Notes under the pieces: generated by a model
What the model was told of the DNA's origin: nothing
Databases searched by the model: none
What the model saw: only the letters and a program-made list of their open reading frames with translations
Shown: piece by piece, positions 18,478 to 43,020 of the stretch
Layout of the letters: every line of letters begins with the position of its first letter
Numbering within the stretch: position 1 is the first letter of the stretch
From: Neocallimastix sp. 'constans'
Lineage: Eukaryota
Assembly: GCA_050613775.1 (NCBI GenBank)
Contig: JBODTK010000001.1
Location: 1,178,001-1,242,000, forward strand
Direction: 5' to 3'
Length of the DNA stretch: 64,000 bases
Made by a program: the position numbers and the translations under genes

Positions 18478-19042
18478 TTTATTAAATATATACATATCTA
18501 ATATTACTGAGTGAAAACCAAGCATTTAATCAATAACTTCTTTATTATTAATATTTTCCATATCAATCACTTCAAGGATATATTTAAATTAAAAATGTTT
18601 CTTTTTTAATTATCAAGTTAGATCAGTTATTAATGACTAAATGAGAGTACTTTAGGGAAAAAATGGAATGTGCATCACGGGAGTCCCAGGTCAGATTTTA
18701 AACTGCTTTTACGTGCATATAGGTCATATTCACAAACTAGCCATTTTATTATATTCATCAGCCAAATTTAATTTATGTTATATTTATTAGTATGTTATTG
18801 TTCAATTATTAGAAAAGCTTTATGTAAAAAAGTGGCTATATTTTAATTCTATATAAGATTAAAACTTAATTAGTTTATACTTTTGTATTTATCTTACAAT
18901 TATATATTAACTATGAAACAAGAATTCTGAAAATCAGTTATTAACTTAATAATAGATAAAATGCAATGTATTTTTATTGCTTGAAATTTAATGATTAATA
19001 TTCTATCAATAAACTATAATTTTTTGAAAATAAATTCAAAAA

Positions 19043-19073
<31 letters not shown>

Positions 19074-19233
19074 TATAGTAATATATAAGTAGAATATATA
19101 ACCTATAAGTTTTAATATAAGAAAATTTAATAGAATTGAAAAGAAATATAATATATATATGTTTTTTTTTTTTTTTTTTTTTAAAAAAAAAGTTTATTGA
19201 ATAATTATTAAAGATTTATTAGTTATAATTTAT

Positions 19234-19269
<36 letters not shown>

Positions 19270-19748
19270 AAAAAATTATAAAAGTTACCAATATATTTTT
19301 ATAGCAAATAAAAAAATAAAAAAATAAAAAATTAAAAAAAAAAAATAAATAAAAAAAAAAAAAAAAAAAAAAGCAATTAACTATTTAAATTATAATAATT
19401 CAAATTTATTAAAATAATTAAAAAAAAAAAAAAAAGCAAATAAAAGTTTATTAAAACCTATTTGAGTTTAATTTTTAATTTTTAGTTGTTAATTATTTTT
19501 TTCTTTTTAATTATAATTATAATATATATGTATATATTATTTAATAAGAATAAAAATAAAAATATAAAGGATTAATAATAGGAACCATTATTTTAATATA
19601 TATTAGATTAAATTTTTTTATTTAAATAATTAATATTAATTATATAAATTACATATATTATTTAAAATTTTTAAATAAAAAATTATTATTAAATATTTAA
19701 AAGTTAACAATAAAATCTAAATAATCATAATTATAATTTATAATAATA

Positions 19749-20450
19749 ATTACATAGACATAGTTATCAATAAGTTAACAATGTCTATATGCCTATATTC
19801 TAAGGCGATCATCAATGGAGTATTCCCTTTAAAATTCTATATATTAATATTAATACCTTTTTTTTCAACATTTTAGCTATGTTATAATGCCCAAACATTA
19901 CAGCCCCAAATAACGAAGTAGAACCTTCGTTACCACGTGAATTAATACCTACTATATTTTATAATAAGTATTCTGCTTTAGAAAAATGCCCTTTACATGA
20001 GGCAAATAAAAAGGAGTAGCTCCATTTAATTTTGTTTGGTATTATATGTTCTATTCTCTACTAAACATTTAACTACATCGTAATGACCATTATAAGCAGC
20101 TATTAATAAAGTGAACTTCATCATCAGTTGTTCGTTAATATATTGTCTTTTTTTTTTTCATTTTTTATTTTAACTTTATTTGACGGAAACCTAATTATTT
20201 ATAAATGACCACATTGAGATGCTATATAAAATAGAAGTTCCATCTTTACATCTATTTCTAATATCCACAATTTTATCTCTTAATAAATTAATTATATCAT
20301 AATGACCATTTTGCATGTCTATATATAAAGATGTATTTCCATCAAAATCTCTGGTATCCCTTTTAGTTACTAACTTAACTAAAAGAAAAGATTTAGATAT
20401 TAGATTATTATTATTAAGTGAATTAATTAACCTATCAACCATGTCGTTCT
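19749..20450 (-). pseudogene. Ankyrin-repeat pseudogene (about 6 decayed repeats)
   Basis: Minus-strand frames give DGNTSLYIDMQNGHYDIINLL, TLLIAAYNGHYDVVKCLVEN, NGATP/LFASCKGHFSKAEYLL*, GNEGSTSLFGAVMFGHYNIAKML and KGNTPLMIALEYRHIDIVNLLI. These are broken by frameshifts and stops that are not flanked by splice sites. Confidence 0.85.
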
Positions 20451-20684
20451 TATGCTAAATATTTGTTAAATTTATGAAATTTCGATCATAGTTAAATCTA
20501 TTATTAGAATTTCTAGAATTAACTTTACCTGCTATTACATTATATATATAGTGTGCTAATTTGTATTATTAAATCTATTATTTCCATTACGATTATTGTT
20601 ATTCATCATACATGAAATAAAATCTTTATTCTTTTAATATGAGAATAAATAAATAATATAATCGAATTCCATTATAAGAAATAA

Positions 20685-20721
<37 letters not shown>

Positions 20722-21849
20722 AAATGAATAATCTAAGTTTTCATAAATATATATTAAATAACTTTTTATGTATTATATCAATATAAATACAATCATAATA
20801 AAACTTCAGGATTTATATGAAATAAACGAAATGCAATTTAATTAAACTTAAATAATTTAATTATATTTAAAAATTATTTTATTGGTGTAGTATTAGATAT
20901 ATATAAATGTATTAATAAAAAAAATACCTCATTATTACATGAAAAATAATTAGCATTTTATGTATAGAATGAATATTCTTTATTATTATTTCAATTAACA
21001 TTAATATATTTGAAATTAACAACATGTTATCTATGCATGAACAATTTTCCCCAATTTTTTTATTAAATATAAATTCAAAGATCTTTAATTGTATTTAATG
21101 AATGTTCTACTTCTAATTATATATTATTTATATGATTAAATATTATTATAATATTCTATTTACTTTTTTCAAAAATTATATATTTTAATTATAAATAAAA
21201 ACTTTACTTTTTTTTTTTTTAAAATAAATATTATTTATATAGCTATAAATAAAATTTTTTTCGTATTTTTTAAAAAAATTATTTTTTATTTATTTATTAT
21301 TTATTTATTATTTATTTATTATTTATTTATTATTTATTTATTATTTATTTATAATATTCTTTTAAAAATAGTATAAATGAACTGTTTACCAAATATTTAT
21401 TTAATTATTCTTAACTTTATATCAAAAGAAAAAAAAAAATTTTTTTAAATGTTAAGAAAAACGTTACACTATTTCTTCTTTAATGAAAAATTAAAAATAA
21501 AACTCAATAAATAAAGTTTAGAAATTTAAAATTCATTATTTTAAATAATGAAATTTGAAATTATTAAAAAAATTATATAATTATTAATATATTAAATTAA
21601 TAAAATAAAAACTTCCAATATCTTCAATATCATAATTAATTTTATATTTATTAAATAAATAATTAATTATAGTATATATGATAATATATTGAAATGTATT
21701 CCAAATATATTTTAATTAATTTTAATACTGTATAATAAAGAAAAGAAATTGAAATTAAATTTTTCTTATATTCCTTATAATATAAGGAATATATAATTAA
21801 TATATTTTATTAATATATAAATTAATAAATAATTTTCAATTTCAAATTA

Positions 21850-21852
21850 AAA

Positions 21853-21943
<91 letters not shown>

Positions 21944-21945
21944 AT
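21850..21945. repeat. (AAAT)n microsatellite
   Basis: About 24 consecutive AAAT units. Confidence 0.92.
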
Positions 21946-23006
21946 GATAAGACTTTGTTTTTTTAAAAACAATTATTATAACGAAATTTTTATAAAGAGT
22001 TAACCTATAATAAAGTTAACTATGAAAATAAAATTAAAAAAGAAATTTTACTGAATAAAATTAAAAAACGATATACATGAATATATGCATGAACTTTATT
22101 ATTTGTGATTTTATTATTAATATATAATTTAACAATATATAATATATAAACGATGACATTATAAAGAAGTAAAAAATTTTTTTGAAAATATATTACACAT
22201 AAAATTTAATATATGGATTTAATAAATTATTAATTAAAATCAATTATAAATATCAAAAGATATAGTAATTAAAAGATTTTTTTATTTTTTTACTTCAAAA
22301 ATGTATTTTTATTATATTGAGTTAAAACTGGATTAAAATTATATTAATTAATCTGATTATAGTTATGAAAATCTAAAGAATATATATATAAAAAAATAAA
22401 AGAAGGTTAAGATTATTTAATAGTCTTTCTTTTATTTTTATATTATGTAAATAATTTATACTTAAGAAAAATTAAAAAAAATTAAAATTTGTATGTATTG
22501 TAATCTTTTAATAAAATATCACAACAAATTAATAACAATAAAACATCATATTATCAAGAGTGTGAAATATAAAATAAGAATAAATTAAGGTAAATTTAAC
22601 TTTTAATTTTTAAATAAAAATAATAATTAACTTCATAATTTTTAAGTATTTTTATTATATAACCTGGAAATTGATTAGACAATACAAAATAACTATTATA
22701 TAATATTATCTTTTTATTATTTATTAATAACTTAAAATTATATGTATAAATATAATTATATTTATTTTTAAATAAAGATATTTAATAAAAATATACATAT
22801 TAATAAATTTAAATTTAAATTTGAAATATTCTTTTTTTTTTTTTTTTTTTGCAATTAATTTAACATCAAATATTATATATATTATATATTATATATTCTA
22901 ATAATATAAATGTAATATTATAGATATTCATCTCATAAATAATGAATAATAAATAGTACTTAAAAGTGAGAATACAATATAATAATTTTTTATTTAATTA
23001 TTAAAT

Positions 23007-34711
<11,705 letters not shown>

Positions 34712-34943
34712 TGTATATATATATTTTCTTTAATAATTATTTTTTAAATTAAATATTAATATTAATTATAATATTAGTAGTAATCTCATTTCTTTATATA
34801 TATATATGACCTATTCCTTTACCTAAATTATTAAATAATATACAAGTCATTATTATATATATATATATATAAACTTTTAAAAATAATATATTTTTTTATT
34901 ATAATTTTATTATTTTATTTATTTATTTTTTATTTTAATAATT

Positions 34944-34974
<31 letters not shown>

Positions 34975-35173
34975 TCATTAGTTTACATATATATATATAT
35001 AATATTGTATTATAGTATAAATTTAAAAATATATAGTTATGTGTGTTGTATATTTTTTATTTATTATATATGTATAAATATTTAAATATATATATATAAG
35101 ACAATTTTTACACTTTATGTATATATTATCAAAAAATAAAATGAAAATAAAAATAAATAGATTTAAATAAAAA

Positions 35174-35234
<61 letters not shown>

Positions 35235-35293
35235 CCTTACAGACGCAATTATTGCGAACTTTCATCTTTTTTTATTTATTAATTACATGAATA

Positions 35294-35336
<43 letters not shown>

Positions 35337-35437
35337 CACACTAACCTGAGTATATCTCATATTTTGCTGAAAAAGGGAGGGATGTTAAAATTTTTTTAAG
35401 AAACACAATAAATGGATGTAAAGTTATTTTTCATTAG

Positions 35438-35479
<42 letters not shown>

Positions 35480-35481
<2 letters not shown>

Positions 35482-36086
35482 TTTCAATTCTAGTATAATG
35501 AAAGCTCTTCGGATTCACATCATCCCTTTTTAAGTTAAAATGGTTACACTTTGGTTTACTCTTTGGTTTTAGGCCAATAATAAATTATGACAACTCGTAG
35601 GTTTACGCATTGGTTTTACGTTTAATAAAATATATATAATGCTTTTTACAAATCCTGAATTAACTAGTGTCTGTCTACTTTTCGTTCTTTCTTTATTTCG
35701 ATTCCAAGTTGAGGTTGCATAATAAGAAAACTTGCTCAAATTACTATAGTAGAAAAATAACATTTCGTTTATTATAAAGGATAGGAATAGGAGGATTTTT
35801 AAAGAAATCCTTTTTATGGAATAAAGTGCTTTTTCTTAACGTTATTATTCATTCTCTCTATATGATTGGTTTCAAAATTCTAAATCATTTGAAAATGGTT
35901 CACCTAAGTAAGGTAGAGCAATTCGTTTTTAGGTAATTCTTAACTTGAAAGATAAAAGGTATTATTACTATTATAAAGAAATCTTGAAATTTTCCCTTTT
36001 TTTCTATTAAACTGGCACATTTATTGATACCAAATTGCATTTTATTATTTCTAGCTCATTTACTAACAAATTTTAACAATTTCTTT

Positions 36087-36088
<2 letters not shown>
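35480..36088 (-). mobile_element. Decayed non-LTR retrotransposon (LINE) reverse-transcriptase fragment
   Basis: Minus strand reads KKLLKFVSK*ARNNKMQFGINKCASLI, then (frameshifted) ELPK..YLGEPFSNDL and SKFSYYA..NKERTKSRQTLVNSG. This matches the late RT 'W...M.FG..KC' and 'YLG' motifs of LINE ORF2, with many indels. Confidence 0.75.
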
Positions 36089-36139
<51 letters not shown>

Positions 36140-36695
36140 CTTAAAGAAAACTTTATTTAATTTAAAATAATTATAAAATTACATGAATTTAATGAAAAAA
36201 AAAAATAAATAAATAAATAAAATAAAATAAATGAAATAAAATATTATAGTGTATAAAATTATAAAAGTACGTTAGAAGCAATAACCTCTAACTTTTCCCA
36301 TTTATCGATGATAACACCACGTCCATTATTGAGAGTAATAATTTCAGTATTACTGTTATCAAAAGAATCTGTATCGAGATCTTTCACCTGAAGGTGAAAA
36401 TCCATGCTTTATCATTTCGACGTCGACGCTCTTTCGGCAACGGTAGATTCAGTAGATTCAACAGAATACCATTTCATCATCAATCTAAAAGATCGACAAA
36501 ATTAATAGTATTACATTTGTTAGAAACTCCCCTAATCCCCACAAAATACAGAACAGTCGACGAAGTTGAACTTATGTTTAAAAATATTGTCAATTAATTG
36601 TCTTTGTTCCCCATCATTAACTTTAATTTTTTCATATATTGAACACCCCGGCAAGAAGAGCACTCAATATAAACAAGGATTATTGAGGAAAACAA
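36089..36695 (-). mobile_element. 5'-truncated LINE 3' end with poly(A) tail
   Basis: GC-enriched decayed coding sequence (NDGEQRQLIDNIFK, then frameshifted TVLYFVG and EFLTNVI) followed by an AT-rich 3' region and a ~47-nt A-run on the minus strand (36090-36136). It is homologous to the relic at 62400-62870. Confidence 0.55.
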
Positions 36696-36697
36696 AC

Positions 36698-36728
<31 letters not shown>

Positions 36729-36935
36729 CTTTTCTTCTATGAAATTCTTATATATATATATACTCTGTTCTTTATTTATTAAACTGTAACCTCATTTAAA
36801 AACTAAAATTATTTTTTTTAAATTTATTACACTATCATTCTAATATAAAAAGTTTAAAAAAAAAATTTTTTTTTAAAATTTTAATAAAATTTATTTACAT
36901 ATATGTTTCAAAATAAAAATAAAATAAAATTATAA

Positions 36936-36982
<47 letters not shown>

Positions 36983-37733
36983 ATGCTCTAATTAATAAAC
37001 GATACAACATACAAATCATACATTTATATTTATATTTATATTTTTATTTTTATTATTTTTTTTTTAAAAAAAATTTTTTTTTCTCTTTTCATTAATATAT
37101 TTATATATATATATATTAACTTATTATAATTACAAGGATTTAAATTAGAATATTTAATAAAAAGAAAAAATAAAATAAAAATAAAAATATTTAATTTTTT
37201 TAAAAAAATATTTCATTATTTTTTTTTAATTTATAAACAAAATAAAAATAAAGATAATATGAACTTGAAATTATAAATATTATACATATATATATATAAA
37301 TTTTTTAAAATTAAACAAATAAATAAAAATTAAAAAATAAAATATATTATATTAAAATTCATATACATAAATATTTATATATATAATATGAATAATATAA
37401 TCATAAAAATGTATTTTATATTATGTATAGCTATAAATAAATATTTAAATTTTATAAAAAAGAAAAAAAGCAAATTTTTTTTTAATTTTCCTTTGGTATG
37501 AAATCTATTCTTTATTTTAGTAGTTTTAAATAAATATAGATGTATATAAATTTAGAGAAATATAAATTTAATTAGTAAAATAATTAAAAAAAATTTTTTT
37601 TATTTCAATATTTAAAAAACAATAAAATTATAAAAATATTACCTTTTTTTCTTCACTTAAAAAATTTATATATATATATATATATATATATTCCTTATAA
37701 AATATGGCTTTTTTCTTAAATTATTATATTTAC

Positions 37734-37909
37734 TTATTTATTGGAATGCATAAATTTACAATTTTCTCGTTTACAATTTGGGTCAAAACGGCACTGTTAA
37801 TTAATTAAATATAATAATAAAATAATAATGGTTAATCAATGCATTTAAAAAATAAATTATATATTATAAAATAAATATTATATATATTAAATAATAGTTA
37901 ATAAACATT

Positions 37910-37955
<46 letters not shown>

Positions 37956-38871
37956 TAATGTATGGGGATTATTATTTCTATAATAATGTTTTTTTTTTTT
38001 TTTTTTTTTTTTTTTTTGTTGTTGTTGTTTATATTAATTTTTGTTTTTATTGTCATTAACATTATTTTTTTATTCTAAAACTATTTATAATAATTTCAGC
38101 CAATATTTTTCTTTCTTTATAGTTATATATATATTTATACATTTTTTCTTTCAAATTATATATATATAAATAAAGAATATATATTTTTTCTTTCAAATTT
38201 TAATGTACTTTATATTTTATTTATTTTGAAGAAAAATTTTATCTTTTCTTAAAAAAGAAATTGTTTTTACTACAAATTTTTTTCTGATCCTTCCAAGATT
38301 CTATTTCAATTTTTTTATATATTTTATTTTTATTTCTCATCCATTTTCTTTTCAAATTAATTCTATTGCCGATAAAACTATTAGTCAATTTTATATATTA
38401 TTATTCCTTAATCAAAATCTTTGATATATATATTTTTGATTCAAAATTATTATTATTTTTTATATTTTTTTATCCATCCTAAAAATTTCTAATATTGATT
38501 ATTACTATTATTATTATTTTGACTAAATTCCAATATTATTAATTCTAATTTTTCTTCTTTTTAATTTTTTTTTTTTTGTTAATAAGACATTATAAAATTG
38601 TCATTTTCAAATTATATATATTTCTTTCAAATAGAGAATCTTTGCCTTTCTAATTGATTTTGCTTTAGATCTATATTTATATTTTTAATTCGATATATAT
38701 AACAGTATATGTATAACAGTTCTTTTAAATAAATTTTTGAAACATTTTTTTAAATACACATATGACCGAAAAAATTTTTTTTCTAAAAAAGGAAAAAAGA
38801 ATAAAAAATAAAAATAAAAGAAAAAATTTTCATGTATTTTCTATTTTCATTTATATACATTATATATATAT

Positions 38872-38915
<44 letters not shown>

Positions 38916-41341
38916 AAATTAAAATATTAATAAATTTTATTTCATTTTTTATTTTTATTTTTATTTTTTTATTTCTTCTTCCTTTTTTTTTTTTTTTTTT
39001 TGTTTTAAAAAAAAATTATATATGTAAATTAAAATATGATGTTATTATTATAAGTATTGACGTTATTGAATGTTTTATATTTTTTTAAAGAAAAAAAAAA
39101 GCTATTTGATTCTTTAATGATAAGGAATTAGTATTAATTCTTAAAGTAATATTATTATCTTATATTGGTCATTTCTTTGATTTATATATTAATAATTGAA
39201 TAAAAATAAAATATACTGAAAAGAAAAATAAAAAAAAATATATAATATAAGAAAATAAAACTTCTTTCCCCATCTCTATTAAATTTAAATCTAAAATACT
39301 AATATAAATTCTATTTTATAATAAATAAAATAATATTAAATATAATATACGTTAATAGTAAAATGTGAAAAACAAAATTAAAAATAAATATAATAAATAA
39401 TATCATAAGAATAAACAATTTTTTTATTAAAAAAAAATAACATTATTAAATAAATAAATAAATAAATAATCTATTGATATATATATATTTAAATAAATAT
39501 ATAATAATGATAAAAAAAAAATAAAATAAAATAAAAAAAAAAAAATAAAAATAATTAAATAAAAAATATTATATAATTTAATTATTTACAAGAATAGTTT
39601 GAGCTTCTTCAATAGAGATAGACTTAGTGGAACTTCTTGATTCCTTATGTTTAAGTAAATCATGACTCTTTTTTTCCTTAAGTTTACCACTTTCTTTCTT
39701 TTTAAGACTATTAGCAGCTAAAATGGCAGCTGGACTTGGATGTGAATATTTACAATCAACACGAGTGCAGTTAGCACCAAATTTACATTCGATAGCATAT
39801 GTATTATTGGCAGCACCATTAGCTGTAAATTCCTTGGTATTATTCTTAATGCTCTTTTTAGATTGAGAAGAATTACTAGTAATAGAAGCTATGCTTTCAC
39901 GCTTTGATAATTTCTTTTGAACAGTATGTTTAGTAGTTTCACTAACTTCTATACTACTTTCACTCTTCTTCTTATTCTTCTTATTTAATTGACTTTGTGG
40001 AATAGCAGGATGAATATAGAGACATTCATCACCATATGGACAATTATTTAAATTTGGACAAAGTTCCTTTGGATGCCAGAATTTACATTCATTACCACGA
40101 TTACAATTTGGCCAGTACGTACAACGAACAGCTTTAGATTGTTCCGGAGTAACAGTAGAAGTATTAATATTTGTAGCTGATGTTTTATTTACCTTTTGGA
40201 AAGTTTTACTTGGATATTGAATGAAAGTAGGATTAGCTGAATGATGAAATGATGGAGCAGAACTTGCGTTAGAAGCATTACTGTCACGTCTGAAAGACTT
40301 TTTCTTATCCAAACCATTACTATTTATTGAAGCATTACTTTGCTTTTTATTAAGAGTTTTTTCATAAGCATTTTGAACTGCATCAGCATGTGACTTCATC
40401 TTCTTTTGAACTTGATTAGCAACATCTAATTGCGTAGCATGACGAGTGAGATTACGTTTGACATAACTGTGACGATCTTCACTTTTAATTGGGGTGAAAC
40501 GACCAGATTTACCTTCCTTAATACGAATAAATGATCTTCTCTTAGGAACCTCTGGTTTTTTTTCTTCTTCTTTTGGTTCTTCAGTATCTTTTTCAACCTC
40601 AGTTTTAGGTTCTTGTTCATCATCACTTTCCTTACTTTGCAATTCTGGAACATCATCAGAAGCATCAGAATCAGCATCTTCTTCTACGTTTTCTCCAGTA
40701 ATTTTAGTTTTTTCTTCTTCAAGTTCAACTGTATTACCTTCTTCGTTCTTACTAAATTCTTTATCTTCTTCATCATCTTCTTCAGTAACGTCTTCAATTG
40801 GTGCGGTATTAGTTTGATGATCATACGTTTGAGCTTCAGTAGCAGGTTCAGTATCAGCTTCTGTTAATGGAGACTCTTCTTGACTTTGTTGAGTACGTAA
40901 TGAAGATATTACACTAGTATAACCAAAAAGCCAATCAACAAAAGTTTTATTACGTCTTTCATCTAATTTAGAATACTTTTCAAGTTCAGAAATAACTTCC
41001 TCTTTTGAATGACCATTAACCAACATTTCTGTAAATTTAATTGAAAGTTCATCTGCATTATCAATTCCATTACTATTTAATTTAGACTTAACAGCGCTCT
41101 TTAATTTTTTTTTTTTTTTTTTTTTTATAAAATATTATTAGAATATACATTATCTTCCTTTTTTTTGTTTTGTTTTATTTCATTTTAAATAAAAATTTTA
41201 AAAAATATTATAATAATTTATTCTTGATTCTTTAAATAAAAACGAATAAAAAAATAAAATAAAATATAATAAATTTTTACAACTTACAGTAATTTTATTT
41301 TGTATTCTTTGTCTAGAATCTTCACTATAAACAGTTTCCAT
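37734..41341 (-). CDS. NAB2: Nab2/ZC3H14-like nuclear poly(A) RNA-binding protein: PWI-like N-terminus plus four CCCH zinc fingers; 3 exons, 540 aa
   Basis: Exons 41341-41288, 41098-39590, 37793-37734. PWI-like region SAVKSKLNS..MLVNGHSKEEVISEL..TFVDWLF. Fingers CTYWPNCNRGNECKFWHP, CPNLNNCPYGDECLYIHP, CKFGANCTRVDCKYSHP and, in the distal exon, CRFDPNCKRENCKFMHS. The unspliced ORF would stop at 39578. Confidence 0.8.
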
Positions 41342-42579
41342 GTTAATATGATAATGTATTTAAGATAAATTGAATATGATTATTTCTAAAATATATAAAT
41401 AAAACTGAATTATATTATCTTTTAATGCAATTTTATCTTGAAAAATATTTTTGAGAATATTTCTTGTGATTATATTTTAAATACTTTCAGAGATATAAAA
41501 TAAATAATTCAATAAGTAATTTTTTATTTTTATTATTTTAATCTTGAACTTTTATTTTATAATTATAAATTGTATTATTATTTTATATATTATCTTATAA
41601 AAATTCCTCTTTACTTTAAGTATTTAAAACTTTGTATAGAATATAAAATTATTATATAATCTAATTAATTTAATTATTAGATTTTTAATATACTTTTTAG
41701 CTTTTATATTTTTGTAATGATTAATTGTTTAAACAGAAAACTTTAAGAATATGTTATTTTTTTTTTTTTTTTTTATTTTTTATTTTTTTATTAAATAAAT
41801 ATCTTTAAAATAATAAATATTGTTGAAATATATATATTAAAAGCAAAACTTTTAAATTTTACAATAATAAAATTAAAATTTTATTAAAAAAAATAAAAAA
41901 AAAAGTTATAAAATTATTATTTTATATTTATTTAAAAGGTCTCTTAATTTTTTTTTTTTTTTATTGATATTTTTAATTACTCTAAATTAAATAATATACT
42001 CAAATATATAAAGCATATTTATGTCCTATATATAATATTTTATTTATATATATTATATTAATTTATATATAAATATAATAAAAAATTTTTTTAAATAATT
42101 GAACATTTACAAAGAAAATTAATTCTTTATATTCTGTCTTATTTAAAGGTTATATATTAATAATATATACATAATATATATTCAATATTATAATAGTAAA
42201 TAGAACTTATTATAAATAATATTAATATAAATAATATATTAATATAATATACATACAATATATGAAATAATTAAAAAAAGCATTCATTTCCATTTCAAAA
42301 ATTAATAAATTAATTTAATTATACATATACAAATTAATATTTTACAGCAATATTAGTTATATATTATATATTATATATTATATTTATAAAAGTATGTACA
42401 AAACCTATATCATTTTGTTATTTTCATATACAAATACTTTTAGTAATATATTGAAACTTTATGCTTTCTATTCATTATAAAATTATTGAATATATATAAT
42501 CAATTTTTATTTTTAAATAGATTTTATTTATTGAATATTATAATTATACTTTTTCATGATAGTACTGAATGATATGCTT

Positions 42580-43020
42580 TAATAATAAATAATAAATAAT
42601 GAATTAATAAATAAATAAATAAATAAACAAATAAAAAATAAATAATATATAATAAATAATAAGTAATAAATAATAAATAATGAATTAATAAATAAATAAA
42701 TAAATAAATAAACAAATAAAAAATAAATAATATATAATAAATAATAAGTAATAAATAATAAATAATAAATAATAAATAATAAATAAATAAATAAATAAAT
42801 AAATAATAAATAAATAAATAATAAATAATAAATAATAAATAATAAATAATAAATAATAAATAATAAATAATAAATAATAAATAATAAATAATAAATAATA
42901 AATAATAAATAATAAATAATAAGTAATAAATAATAAATAATAAATAATAAATAATAAGTAATAAATAATAAATAATAAATAATAAATAATAAATAATAAA
43001 TAATAAGTAATAAATAATTG
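42580..43020. repeat. (AATAAAT)n 7-bp minisatellite with higher-order degenerate units
   Basis: Long AATAAAT array that explains the FIIYYLL-repeat ORFs. Opposite-orientation arrays occur near 21285-21350, 44050-44130 and 45630-45840. Confidence 0.92.

Noticed and set aside
18640..18760. Small GC-enriched patch
   Set aside because: Too short, with no convincing peptide or RNA motif. Probably repeat debris that I cannot assign.
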